Of a DNA stretch of 64,000 nt, positions 12,620 through 26,600 are shown piece after piece. Position 1 is the stretch's first letter. Each line of letters begins with the position of its first letter. A program made the position numbers and the translations under genes. The notes below the pieces were generated by a model. That model saw only the letters and a list, made by a program, of their open reading frames with translations. It was not told where the DNA came from and did no database searches. Source of the DNA: Thalia democratica (taxonomy: Eukaryota); assembly GCA_965202585.1 (NCBI GenBank), contig OZ241830.1:36890001-36954000 (forward strand), written 5' to 3'.

Positions 12620-13400
12620 AGATAAACAATTAGTTTTTCTTTTGTTAAGTCAGTTTGTACTTTCCTCTTTTTATAAAATTTTAGTGCTCTCCAACTTTAA
12701 TTAACTATATGTCAAAATTCGATTCAAAGAGCAATTCAAAACAATTTATAGTTTACTTAAAAGTCTACAAAGTAAGCTCAAGCTGTATTAACCTATTTTA
12801 TAAATGCTTTGTTATCAATTTAAATTTCATGTCAAACCATACAGAAATCATGGAGTGGTATCAGAGTTCTTTTTAAAAAAATTTTTGTTATTTTGATCAG
12901 AATCAAATAGATGCTTAAAATAAAACTAGGGCAACAACAGGTTCTTTATGTAAGCAATTTTACAGAAAAAAAAACTATTTAACTATATCTTACCTTTTCC
13001 TTTATTTTCAGCAATTGTTAACAAAGTTTTTAGCAAAATAATTAAGATTTTTTGAAATTTTTTAAGAATAGAGTTTTCAATTTTTGAGCGGTATTTAGTT
13101 TAAAATAATTTCTTTATATCTTTAATCATAATCTTGTTCTAAATATTTTTACATTAAGTTGAGAAAACTTTAGGTTGTAGATCTAAACTTGAAAATTTTT
13201 ATTTTTTACACAAATTTTATTATCAATATAAGGCAGTTACATTTAAAACTTGCATGTAACTTGTTAGCTACATATTGCTTATTTCAATACTAAAAATTAT
13301 CAAAAAACAAAGTTAATTATATTTAAAAGAAATTCAATCATTTTATGTAAATAAGATAGGTAGTCTTTGTTTTCTTTGACTTTAAGGTAATCTGGAATAA
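12620..13400 (-). pseudogene. Possible decayed transposase remnant within the hAT element
   Basis: Stop-riddled minus-strand readings EPVVALVLF (12944-12918) and HIVN*SWRALKF (12711-12676) resemble the ExxVALxLF and VVNDxAERxxK motifs of some hAT-type transposases. Motif recall only; no alignment was run. Confidence 0.35.
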
Positions 13401-14856
13401 AAAATTAAGATATATAAAAAAAAACTTAATGACCATTTTTTAAAGAATTATCAATAAAACACACACAAATTTATTGAGTTTTGAATTTTTTTTAATAATA
13501 TCCTTTAAAAACTTGTTAGAACTTTTGGCTTATATAGATTTTTTTGTATATGTGTTGACCACTGGGTTTTGATCTTGCAACTTTCACCTCAAAAACTAAA
13601 CTTTGCTTTGACTGTATTCAAGTTGTTTACATTTAGTAGTTTTTTCAATGTACAATGTTCAAAAACTAATTAGCAGTATATTCATATTCACTATATTCTT
13701 TATATTCAGTTTAATTCACATAGCGCTGCATTGAATGCAGCTCCAAAAATAAGCTTTTTAACAACTTTTTGTATAGGATATTTGTATATGTTTAAAATGC
13801 AGCACACACAGTTTTATCTTGCAGCGCCAGCCATTTAACGAATATTTAAAAATTGAATGTAAAATTTGAAAAACTAACAAATTTATCGTTAAGTTCAATT
13901 AAAAAAAAGCAGGAAAACTGAAACAAAGTGAAATTTTCTTTTTTTTTCTTTTTTTTTTTTGAATAGGTGGGACTGCAGCTCCAGTGTGCCACCCCACGCG
14001 ACGCCCCTGTTTGACATCATCATTTACAGAATTGCAACTATTACAAAAAATTAAGCCACCCTGAGAGACCAAAAACTGGCTGACTTACAGCATCAATTTT
14101 TTTAAATAATCAAAATAAAAATTAAAAACTAACCTCACTTTTCCTTAAACAAAAGTGTGTGGTAATCCTAAATAAATAAATCACCATTTTAGCTTAAAAA
14201 TATTAAAATAATTTTGTACTCACTATTTAAGTTTAACTTTTTTTTATGCTATTTAAATGAAATATAAAAACTTGGCTTAATTAAAGTAACCTAAAGGCTA
14301 ATTTTTTTTCTTTAAGATTTTGTGATTTATTTTTAAAACCTTATTCTAAATATCAACCTTATTCTTTCTAAACCATTATATTTCGTAGTAATTTTTTATC
14401 TGTATCAGTGGCAAAAATTAAACTTAAAAGTACTTTACAATTGACAAAGATTAGAATATACTGTCAAGCTATTTCAGATGTGTTTCTAAATAAAGTTCTA
14501 AATACAAGGTTGCCACTCTTTGAGTCATAAAACCTGTTGTGAGTGACAACAAACTTTCATGGGCCATCATGAGATTTTTCTTAAACTTTGAAATTTTCTT
14601 TCTAATTTTAAATTTAAAAAAATGAATTGTTTTAATAAAATTGATTATACCTTTGATCAACTGAGCCTCATTCAAAATCTCGAAATAAACTGGCCTGAGA
14701 TTTTCAGAAATCCTAAAACTATCCTGATATTATTTAAAAAAACATCCAGAGTCAGTCTGAATTTAAAAAACAAATTTAAAACATCTGAGAGTTATACTGA
14801 GTTCCCTGCAAATATATATTTTAGACACTATTTTATTCCTCAGTTTGTATTATATA

Positions 14857-15281
14857 CAGGGTTGCCAGACGTTTTTTCAAAGTTTCTCCAGGTTTTCTAG
14901 ATTTCTGCCAGGTTTTTAAAAGGACACATTTTTGAGTCTATTTTTAGTTTAAATTAAGTTTAAGGTAAAAAACTGTGTTAAATAGCCTACAAACATTGAA
15001 AAGATACAATAAAGCTACTTTAAATATGTTTTTCAATAAAACAAAATTTGATGATGACAATTTTTTTTTATTTGTATGATAGATTTTTTGAATTTTACTA
15101 CTGAACGTGTGAAATTTTTTAAAATTTAAGATTTTTACAGGTTTTTTTTTTAATTTCATGTTTTTTCTTTTTTTTCAAAATTTTTTAAATTCCAGGTTTT
15201 TACAGATTTTTTTTTTGTATAAATTGTCAAATTCCTGGTTTTTACAGGTTTTTTCAGATTCCAGGTAAAGTGGCAATAATG
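14857..15281. mobile_element. AGGGTTGCCA-family MITE
   Basis: Left TIR cagggttgccag, degenerate right end tggcaataatg, aaattccaggttttt subrepeats, body shared with the 5.7-kb copy. Confidence 0.65.
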
Positions 15282-18200
15282 TGTATATTTTTGTCCTATA
15301 ATAAAAAACCTTCAAGTCTTTAGGTATTAAACTTCTTTTTTTTTTAACTATAAATTTTTCCAGTTTTTTCAAACAGTATCAAATTCTAGGTTGAATTGCC
15401 ACTAAGTTAAAAAAATTATAAAAATATTTTACTAAAAGGTTTTGTTTTAGAGTCAATGTTAAATTTCTAACTTTTTTTGTCAACCATTAACTTTAAGCTT
15501 ACAACTTTATTAAACAATTAAATTAATATCATGGATGTCACTCTTTGAGTAAAAATGTTCCTGTGTGACCAAAAACTGTGCTTTTAAAAATCTCAAAAAT
15601 ATGTACATTTTCAATTCAAATAGTTATTGGAGTAGAACAAAAATCTAGTTTTTAAATAAAATTGGCTGAAAATAACAAAGTATAGGATCTAAAATATTCA
15701 AGAATTATAAAAAAAAGGACTGAGATTAAAAAAAATTAAAACTTGCTCAGTATTTAAACAAAAATTCAAACTAGCCTGACTTTTCTTAAGGTATGTTATT
15801 CTATGCCAATACCCAAGTATACTATAATACAAATATTAAAACATTATTCAATTTTGTTGTATTTTTATAACATATTTTATAGTTTAGTTGAAATTTCATT
15901 ATGACAAAATTTGATGACAAAATAGATATTTAAATCAAAATAATTTAACAAAACAAATTAGTTTTAATAAACAATTGAAATGTAATATCAAGAAAATCTT
16001 AGTTTTAAATGGGATTATCAGATAATTAATAAAATAATGAGAACTTGAAAAGTCTATATCATCAAGAAAAAAAAACTATCCTGAAAATATGCAGAAATAT
16101 TACTTACTTTAAGGAATATCTATTTATTTTATGTATTTAGACTAGCTTGAAATTAATTCAACTATGTAGAACTACTTTCAACATAAAACTTGTTTTAAAT
16201 TAAGATACTAAATTATTTTGCTTTACAAAAATAATTTAATTTTAAGTGCTACTAAAAGAATTAGTTGTTGTTTGTTGTGTTTTATAATTTTAGACCATTT
16301 AAGATTGATAATAAGTCTAGCTTTATATTTCAATCCACAATTAAAGAAATGCTTATCAATACTTTAAATAATAAAGAGGTTGTAGTACATATACATAGCT
16401 TTTACAATCTCAAATTCTCATTTATTATATTAAAATTATTAATTTACAACTATATATATTTTAGCTTATTATTAATTTTTGACAGACTCTGTAAGTGCAC
16501 ATCTTTTTTTTTTCCTTTGTATCTGATACAAATGTGTATTAAAAAACTTCAAAACAAACATAGTATAACATATTTTGGCATTAACTTAGTAAAGTTCTAA
16601 TAATTTTAGAAAAGATTTTTAGATGAAATAAGCTTCTATTGTTACCAAAATATAATTTGTTAATTTTGAAGGTAAATGAACAAAACAGGGTAACTTTTAG
16701 TATTAAATACATGACTTGAGGAAGAATGTGTTATATAAATAAACAAAATAAAAGATTAATAATTAAATACCCCTTTGGAAGTATAATAAACGAAAGATGA
16801 AACTTTTAATTATAAGCCTTTAAGTAAATTTAAAAGAATACGTAATATAAATTCAGTTCTTATTTATTTCTTTGTTTAAAGTTAAAAATAAAATTTTTTC
16901 AGTTTTAGCAAGCTGCACTTAGTATTATAAATAAAAGATGTTTTTGATAATAATTTCTAAATTTAAGAAACTAAAATCTTATACATAATAATCTTAAATT
17001 GTTTAAAACTATAACATTTTTAAACTCTAGACCTGCAACGCTGTATAAAAATATCTGCTTAAGTTTGGTAAAATTAGATACAAATTACTTCAAAGGTAGA
17101 TAAAACTAAACTAAACAAGTAAACATGTGTTATCTTTAAAATATGTAGTACATAACGAAATAATACCAATTTAAAATGACCGAAAAATAAAAATGAGCTT
17201 TTTTTTATAATATTAAACTATGATCTAAACATCAAACGTTAAAATTAAAAAGGCAAGTTTCGTTCTGTGAAATTTAATAATTTATTCATTATCAATATAT
17301 AAATGCTTAAATATGCAGAACTGAATTTTTGAACATCAGCTTAATAGAGTTGAAATAGTTTTTTTGGACTTTCTAATCTCATTTAATGTTTTTGATGAAA
17401 TATACTTCTAGTTTCAAAAAGTTTTTAAAAAAACAAATTGTTAAATATTGGACAAAAATCAAACTTTTAATTAATAAAAACAAATAAAGAGTTAACATTT
17501 TTATATTAAACTTAGGAGCTTTTAAGTGGATTGTAAAAATTACTATAAACATAACAATGTTTTTGTTTTGTATCTATTCGATAACTTTTTCAATGTGAGC
17601 AAGCTGAAGCGAAATTCTAAACGCTTGTGCTAATGATTAAAACACATATCCTTTACATTTTGCCAGCAAAAAGGAATAAAATACAATTCCTCTCCCGAAA
17701 ATTTAAAATAAAAGGAAGTGTAATGAAACTAATGCTGTTTACTTGTTCTTTTTTTGTTTTAAATGGCAAGTATGTGAACTCAGTCAACCAGAAATTTCTG
17801 TTGAAATAACACATCAATTGCATGGAGTTGACCAAAAGTGTAGTCATGCGTAACATAGGTATATAAACCAGCTGCAGTGGATGTTTGAGTCAAAACCATC
17901 CAGAGGACAGTTTTAGTGTCAATTTGAAGCTGAAACGTTTGAACTTTCTAATTGGCCATTGATAAATTGTAAAAGCTTTTTTTTTTTTGATTTAATGTAG
18001 TTAATTCTTGTTTTAGATTAAACATAATGTTTTTTTCAGACTTTGTACTTGTGTGAAGGTTTTGATTTAATTTAATAAAGTTTCTAAAATATGTGGCTGT
18101 TTATATTATCATTTTATGTTTGTAACAAAATATAGCCTGATGTGCATAGTTTATATAAATATATTAAGCCTTATCAAGTATTAGCTAGGATTAAAACTAG

Positions 18201-20673
18201 TTATGTTTTATAGTGTGTTATGTGGATACAATCTTTTATACAACCATAAAAGTTCCTAAATTTAATTAATAATATCAGAAAGGGTTATGTACTAATTAAC
18301 GCCCCTAACATCCTGTAGAGCTGGGTTTTTTTAAAGTGGGCAAAGGGACAACATGGGGTCATAAGCCGGAAAGGGGCCATAAGTAGGGCATTTAATTTGC
18401 TGGCAGTCAGTAAATATTACTTAAGTTTTTTGCATCAGTAAGTTTACTATTTATATTTTGGCCCTGGTTTTAGATTAAAAATGTATTTTTCACAAGTTAA
18501 TTTTAGAGTAAATCTTATACATTTCTACGTAAAGTTTAAATTTCTATTAACTATATTTATACTCAGTTTATACATAAGTCAAATAAACTGTGTAAAAAAA
18601 AATTCTTAATATAATTAATCTAAATCAATATTTTTTTTGCAAAAAATTGCAAAAACACCATCAGCTGTTTAGTTTTTAATTTTGAAACGGTCTGACTTCT
18701 ACAAGGTATTTGGAACTAACAAAACTTATATTTTCATTAAAATTCTAAGCACTTTCTTATCTTTTTTGAATCATCATGTCAACCAGACAGTCTCGTAATG
18801 AAAAGCAATTCCCAACAGAATAATTATAGATAAAATAATTGAATAACAAACTAATTTTATTTGTGTTTGAAAAGATTGGAATTATTTTTTCATTAATACC
18901 TGGTAATAATTAAAATAATTTATTTGGATTTTATTATTATTTAAATAAGCTTTTTATTTTACAGTAAATTAAGCAATAAATTTGAGTTAGAATTTTTTTT
19001 TTTAACAAATCATATGGTATAATTTAATACTTTTTCTGTACTGTAACTTGGTTTACACTTAAAGGGTTGCTACATACTCAAAACACTCAAAATTAATCAG
19101 GATGATTTAAAAGTTTTGAAAATCTAAAAATAGATCTTTTTCCAGATTTTTGATGCAATATAGTATTATTATTTCTTTTTTATTGCCAGGTTTCTTATAG
19201 ATCATTTTTTTTTATTCTTGAAAAGTTTAAAATATAAATTTTAAAGGGTTTTAAATAACATAGGATGACTGTCAAGATGCTTAAAGGTCACTTAGAACAG
19301 TTTTTTTATTAAAAAAGAGAGAGAACTCTGAGTTTATTAATTTTTTATTTCTTCCATTTTTAGCCATTACTGTTTTTTTATTTACTTAACCCGAATCAGA
19401 CCATCTTGATTTAACTTTAAATGGCTACCCTTCAATAGTCTTTCTTTAGAAAAAATGTATGTAAATTAGTATGTGTTGGCTCTTTTTGATCAATCTAGGT
19501 ACTATACAGTTTAATTTTACGTTTAGTATACTATAGCTTTTAGCTATTGTATTTTAAAATTAAGAGTTACTTTAAACTCTTAAAAACAAATTGATGATGA
19601 CTTATCTTGAAAAAATTTTAAAATAAAATAATCTCTTTTAAAACTCTTAAATACCTATGGCCATTTTCATTCTTTTACAAAAAATTAAATATTGTTTGAT
19701 ATATGGCCGAAATAGATTTTGAATAATACTATTTTTTTAAATATTTTATAAAAACTATTTATTTTTTCACTGTTTTTTACTAGTACAGTTTTATCAATTA
19801 CATAAGACCTACAACAACATTGTTTATTATTTTCGGATGTGTATTAGTTTTAGAAATCCAGCCTTTTCGACATGTTTTCTAATTTGAGTAGTCATACTCA
19901 TGTAACCTGTTTTTAGATAATACTTATAAATACCTCAATAAATATAGAATTTTAATTAAGTTATCTTCTGTAATCTGTTATTTTTCTAACCGGTGTTTTT
20001 CTTAATAATAAGGAATTATAAACAATATATAATCAATACAATTAAACTTATATAAAAATACTAAAATAATTAAAGAATTGTCAAAGTTCTAGAAAAACGT
20101 GAAGTTTTTAATTTTTTAAATGAAAATTAATAACCTGGAATTACAAAAGAAAGAAGTAAGACAATATTAAAAGAATCTGAATTTTTTAAAAATCTTTAAA
20201 TGTACAAACTGTTTTTTTTTATATTTATTAGTTTATATCGATATATAAACTGCTTTTTATTAAAAGTATGAAATGTAGTTATTTTTTTTATAAAATTTAG
20301 CTATTTTCTATACAAATTCATTGTTAAACTTTAGTTTTGAAACACCATTTATAGCCAAATTTTGTTAAGAATATTTTAAAACATAATTTTAGTAATAGTA
20401 GCGTCACGCTGTACTTATTAGTGTGTACCAATACACGTTTATATGCATAAAAAAGGCGCAGAGTTCTTTTTAATGTTTACTTAGATTTTGAGAAATTTTT
20501 ATCAAATTTCTTCGAAAAGTCATTTGAAAAAAAGTCTAAGATATGCTGCTTTTGAGGTACCCTAGTTAAAGTTGTTATTATTTTTCAAGACTCTTTCATC
20601 TTTTTAATTTAATTGTAACTATATATTATTTTTAATTTTAGGTTTGTTTATAAAAAAAACACATAATATCATA

Positions 20674-23661
20674 ATGCTAGTGAAAAGTACTGAGAGTAAA
20701 TCCATCGAAATAAAAGAAAAAGTTGAAAAACTTAATGGAAAATCTTTTAAGTTTCATGATGAACAAAGAAGTTTTGTAAAGTTTTGCAAGAAAGTTTCAT
20801 TCGAACGCAAATTTGCTTACATTTCACAATCTTTCGATGATTTTATGATTTCAACTAAAATATGTCAGTTTCTTTGTTTTATAAAATATTTATCGTGGTT
20901 GAGTTTCAAGTTTTTTTAGTTGATTAAACTGCTTTTGAATAGTAGAAAACTTATTTATTACTAAATTTGCTATTTTATTACAAATATATTTAATATATAA
21001 AAATATAATTTTAACTGTTTACAGTACTTTATAAAATTATTAACGTTTATATTTTTTTGCATTTGAATATGATTAATTTAGTACTGAAAATCTCTTATAA
21101 ATTACTACTGTATAAAAAAGTTGTACTTGATTTTAATAACCTGATAAACTACAATGTCATTATAATAGTAACAATGAAAACAATAACATAATGGTAAAGG
21201 TGCTAACTAACTAGTCTATTTGTTAACAGTTACAAATAAATTAGTTAGTTAACACGACGATCCTTCTAAAAAGTTTAATAGCTTAAACATAGAGCTAAAA
21301 TAAAGTATGATTTTTTTTAACTTGGGTATATTGGGTCGGTGCTAAATTTCATAGAAAAATTGGGACACTATGTTTTTTTATGAGTCCTCGACGCGTATCG
21401 GAAAAAAAAACCATGTAATATCTAAAATTGTTCTTTTAAATATTTTGTAAAAAATTAAGATTATTTAAAAGTTTTTTATAGTCCTTGAAGTTTATCACAT
21501 AAATATATACAACTATTTAAATGATACTTCTTAAATATTTTCTACTAAACTAACTTAGTTTGTCAGTGTTTTGTTTTTTATATAAACTATATACTTTTTG
21601 AAATAAAGACCATTTTGTTTTCAAGTTTTGGTCTTTAATTTTGGTTTTCTTGGTTAGTCAAAAAGAATCTTTCTCAAAAAAAGCTGAACTCACTGACTAA
21701 TAAATATATTTATGGTAAACTTTTAAAAAATGGTTATTTTATTTTTTTTTTGTTTGCTGCGAGAAGCCTTAAAATGTCTATAAATTGTCGTTTAATTTAG
21801 TGGTCTTCAACCTTTTCAAAAACTACGCACACTAAAACGTTGGAGAACAGATTCTGTACACTTTAGACTTAATAAAATGTTTTACTAAAACTTAATACCG
21901 TTTTTAAAATAAGTAATACTATTTTTCATTTGTTGAGGGCCTTAAAGTAGAAATAACGGTTAAAAAATTGTTAATTTGTGTTTTAATTATCTTTTTCTCA
22001 TAAAGGTAGACAAAACAAGCGTCATCTAAAAATTATTTTATTCACCTTACTAAGTTTACCGTGCACAGTACAAAATTTTTTATTCACACTAGTGTGAAAA
22101 AGTGCACACGTTGACGACCACTGGTTTAACTAACAACTTTATTATTGTTACTTAAATAAGCTTTTTACTCAGTAATTTGAGCATTTAACATAAATACTTA
22201 TACAAGTTTTTATAATGAATCTATAAACATTTTTCAGCCAGCTTACCGAAAGGACCGAAGGAAATTTTACCATTACTCAAAACAAACAGTGCTTTTCTCA
22301 ATGAAAGACTAATAAAGAATTTTTGCACCTTCATACAAGACACTATTTCTGTAAAAAACAACATACTTTATTTCAAGTTAGCTTACTTCTTTAATTTGCC
22401 AAATGATGTTCGGTTGAAAATCATGGCTTGCACGGAGCGATGGTTCACCTCAGTTTGCAAAACCAACAACTTCCGCCAGTTGGATTTTGCGCTCACTAAA
22501 AGGATTCTATCTTCTTCCAAACTGCACATTACTTCAGAACTCCAAGTGTTTAATGCTGCAGACGACTGGATTAGTTACAATACTGAAAAAAGAAGCAAGT
22601 TTGCAAAATATCTTTTGCTAGCAACACGGCTTCCGTTGTTGTCGGAACCTGCTTTGAGTTTTCTCGTGAACGGGGAATCTTCTATTTGCAAAGTTGTTGA
22701 GTGTAAGCTTTTAGCAAGCAATGTTTTGATTAAAAACAAAGAAAGTTTAGACAAACTGCCGAAGAAAAGTTTCGAAACGAGGCACTGCGATCAACTCTTG
22801 TTTGACGTTTTCGCCTACAGCGGACGATGTCAAGGTTGTGTAGAATTGACGCAAGTGGACGGTAAAGACTTGAAAAAAGTCCAACGTTCGCCGGTGAACG
22901 GGTTATTATTGGAAAACGAACATGTTGCTAATGGAATTTGTTTGAAAGGTGAAGTTTATGCTTTTGTGAACAAGGGTTTCGGTAAGGATACGGAAACGAA
23001 GATAAAATAATATTCGCGAGCTTGCAACGCTTGGCAGAGGGTGACCGAAATCAGTTATCGCTTCAAGTTCTGTGCTTGCGTTCTCATTGACAAGATATAC
23101 GTGTTATGCGGCTATAACAGCTCTTACGACGTTCAACGTTCCTGCATTAAGTACGACCCTGCCGAAAGCGACCGGGTGACGGAGATCGCGATGATGTTGG
23201 AAGCGAGGGCGTTGGCGGCCAGCGCCGTTTACCAAGGAAAATTGGCGGTTTGCGGCGGCGCAGTTGAACGCGACGGCGAGTTTGTTTCCACGAACACCTG
23301 CGAGGTCTACGACCACGTTGCCGACGAGTGGTCCTGCATGCCGAGCATGGTGCACCCGAAATCCTGCCACGACGTGGTTGCCGTGAAGAGCAAGCTGTTC
23401 GCGATCGCAAGCTGTTACGCGTCTTGTGAAGTTTTTGACAATATTTCAAACAAGTTCGCCGTCATCAAACGCGGGTTTCGATGCGAAGAGAATCCCGCGG
23501 TCGTGGCCACTTCGGTGGGAAGCAAAATAGTTGTTTTCGGAAGGCAAGATGGGGAAGTGGTGTTCTACGATATGGAAAAGGACGAATGGTGCGAGCAGCC
23601 GCGCGATCCTTGTCCCGGCGGATTTAGTTTCTGCTCGAAAATGCCGCATACGCAGTTTTAA
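20674..23661 (+). pseudogene. Kelch-like (KLHL-type) BACK + Kelch gene with a divergent N-terminus. Exons are about 20674-20897 and about 22238/22242-23661, with a single in-frame TAA at 23008-23010.
   Basis: BACK-like segment FRQLDFALTKRILSSSKLHITSELQVFNAADDWISYN...RLPLLS. Kelch repeats include KIYVLCGY...YDP, KLAVCGG...CEVYDHVADEW and KLFAI...CEVFD. The two listed ORFs are in the same frame and are joined by *YSRACNAWQR. The exact exon-1 donor is ambiguous. Confidence 0.8.
21798..22123. mobile_element. 326-bp hAT-Charlie-type MITE in the Kelch gene intron
   Basis: TIRs tagtggtcttcaac and gttgacgaccactg match at 12/14. The TSD is gtttaatt (21790-21797) versus gtttaact (22124-22131), 7/8. 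Confidence 0.85.
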
Positions 23662-26600
23662 CGCGGGATATTTAGCATGACGTAAAATCTGTCAAACATA
23701 ACTTATTACGTTTGCTAAATACTATAACTTAGTTGCATGCAGCTGCTTTATCCTTTCTTCTTACTGCGCTGTTGGTTGTTTTCGGGCAGTATATAAATCT
23801 TGACTCATATGAGTAAAGGTGTTGCATGCATTACAAGATATTTGTACAAAATTCATGCTTGTTCGTTTTTTTTTTTAATAAATTAGAGACACAAATCATT
23901 TGTTTATTGTTGTTGTATTGTTTGTTGTGCTATGTTAGATTCAGGCATCAAAACCTGGGCCACTTAAACTTGACACACAAAAAAAATAAAATTTAAAAAT
24001 AAATCATATTGAGCAAATTAAGAAACAAAATACAAATTCACAAATTTTATTCTAAATTGCTTAAAACTTCCATTATAATATGCTATTTAATGAAAATATA
24101 TTATTATTATTATTATTATTGTTTTTCAACTAGCAAGTACAATTTAACTTCAAAAATTTTCAATGTAGTTACTAAGGTGTAATTACACTTACTTTAATAT
24201 ATATTAGTTATTTGTTAAACAAACCATATAATTTTAAACTACATAGCAATTGTGAATTGAATGAAATATTGCAAGGTCCAACACTTATACATCACATAAC
24301 ATCAACAACAGCAGGAATAAAGAAAATGAAGTGAAATGAGCAAAAAATATCAAGTTATGCAAATTTATGTGTATGTTTTTTGTGAGAAAAGGTTAACTGG
24401 ACATACTTACTTTTGACAATGACGTAACAGTTAGCATGCACTTATTTAGAAAAATTAATCTTACCATTCTTCTCAGGCAGGCATGGAGGTAGTCAGAACA
24501 GTTTTTTTATGATAAGGAAATAGGTCTACCGATTGTAATCGTTTTCGAACATAATCATTTAGAGTTATAAGTAGCTAGCTGTGTATTTTTCATAAGAAGC
24601 TTACTCTAAATTTATATTTTCTTTCATTTAACTCTTTTGTCAGATGTTTACATAATCTTACACTTAGTCATTCAGCTTAGCAAACAAGCTTTTTTATTTG
24701 TAGTTGTAATATCTTACTATCTTGATAGGAATAGTTTACAAACAGTTTTTATAAAATCATCTTTTATGAAGGAAACTTTTGAACAAATTAGACATTATCA
24801 TGAAAAATCAAAACTATGTCGACAAAAAGTTAATCTTTCATAATTTGATATTTTTTGCAGTAGTTAATCTCTTATAAGTAGAAAAATGTTAAGTTTATAA
24901 AAGTTACAAGTCTTTCTTTATATATTCTTTTGGTACTATTTCTTTCATAAAACACTCAAGTCTTTTCAAACAAGATGTGCACAGCTTTTATAGACTGATT
25001 TTTTGTCTTAATTAGGTATTTAATAAGTTTTAATTACGCTAAAAACCAGTTTTATCTGTCATTTATAATTAAGTAATACTATATATTAATTAAAAGTCTA
25101 TAAATTGTAGACTTTCAATATGTACACTATGTCTTTTTGGAACCCTTTTTATTGTAGCCTACAATATAATAGTTAAATGTTATACAAGACTGAAGTGTTC
25201 TTTTCATGCATAACACTGTGTGAATGAAAATAATAAAGTTTATTGTATTCCTTAACAAGAAAGCCAGAATTGCAATAAGATTTTTGGAATTTTAGCAGGT
25301 TGTGTTTATTTGCCAACTACCTGAAATTTTTATTTGGGATTGGATTTTGGGAAGGTGCCGGCCAATTCGGGAATTTCCCCTAAATCGAAAACAATTTTTA
25401 AAATAAAATTTTAAGTTTTTGATTTTATTTAGGGCAGGTTATGCTGTCATCTTCAATGCTTTTTAAATGTGACAGCATCTTAAAGCACACAAGTTGTTTA
25501 CAAAATACATTATTAACAGAACATATTACACCCACTAATTGGGTATATCGAAAACATAGCTTTTGATTTAGGGCAGGTTATGCTATGAGTGTCCTTAGTA
25601 TACCCATTTGCTTAAAGAGCTTTGATTTTTATAATGCACATTTAATGTGGCTGTGACTTTATTACATATTTCAATGCTTATAAGTTGTTTGTAATCCTTT
25701 TAATAACAGGACATATTACAGCTACTGTTTAGGTTATTTATTAAAAAGCTTACGCATTCAAAATATATTTTTTATTGCTAATTGGTACTATATTTTAAAA
25801 GTTTATAAATTAACTGGTTGTAATATTAGTTAGTCATGTTAATAATTAAGTGTTAACAGTTGTTTGTTGACCAAACATAACTTTTAACAAAACAATTCTT
25901 TATCAGTAACTATTAATTACCATCACAAGTTACTCCTAGTTCATTTAAAACTTAATTTTTACGTTATTATACACAATATATTTGTCCAGTTTAACTAAGA
26001 TAAATAATTTAAAAACTAAACAGCTAGTCTCAGTAGTAGTATATAAAACTTATTATTCACTCAGTAAAGATATACATGTCTGCGCTAATTATAGTGTTGT
26101 CCCAAAATACATTTGCTTACACCTTAGTAAAACATACAATTCCTATTTCTTTAGCTTATTAAACACTTTAATATCTACGCGAAATATATTTTTCAAAATA
26201 AGTAATATATATATAAAGTGGACTGGACAGTGTTTCAGAAATTATTTCCTTAACCAAAAATTTACACGATATGTATGATAAAAATCTACGTATGTAAAAA
26301 CCTTCTTTGTAAATAACATTAGTTCAATTGTTGTGGAGACTGTTTGTTTAGCATGCTGTTTAAAATACTTTTTTAAGGTTTGATAATGTATATAACAACA
26401 TTAAAATATCAGAGTTGTCTAGTTATATAACTGATCGTACTCAGTTTTATATAATTATCAATATATATAATTTTTTATCCGAAAATTTCAAACAATTTTA
26501 TGACTTAAGTCAGCAAACAATAACACTACTTTTAAAGATTTCTTAGTAGTAGTTACCAATTTTAATAATCATAAAACTGTAATTTTGTCAAGTTTTAAAT

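Larger units (their letters stand above)
10465..14009. mobile_element. 3545-bp hAT-superfamily DNA transposon, non-autonomous or decayed
   Basis: TIRs cagtggcgtcgcgtgg (10465-10480) and ccacgcgacgcccctg (13994-14009) match at 15/16. They are flanked by an exact 8-bp TSD, tttgacat (10457-10464 and 14010-14017). Confidence 0.9.

Noticed and set aside
12100-12950. CR1/L2 reverse-transcriptase remnant
   Set aside because: Only vague resemblance. I saw no QGSxLGP or YADD motif, and the TIR/TSD context favours a DNA transposon.
23104-23649. Minus-strand ORFs 23104-23370, 23147-23449 and 23446-23649
   Set aside because: They are antisense shadows of the GC-rich Kelch exon.
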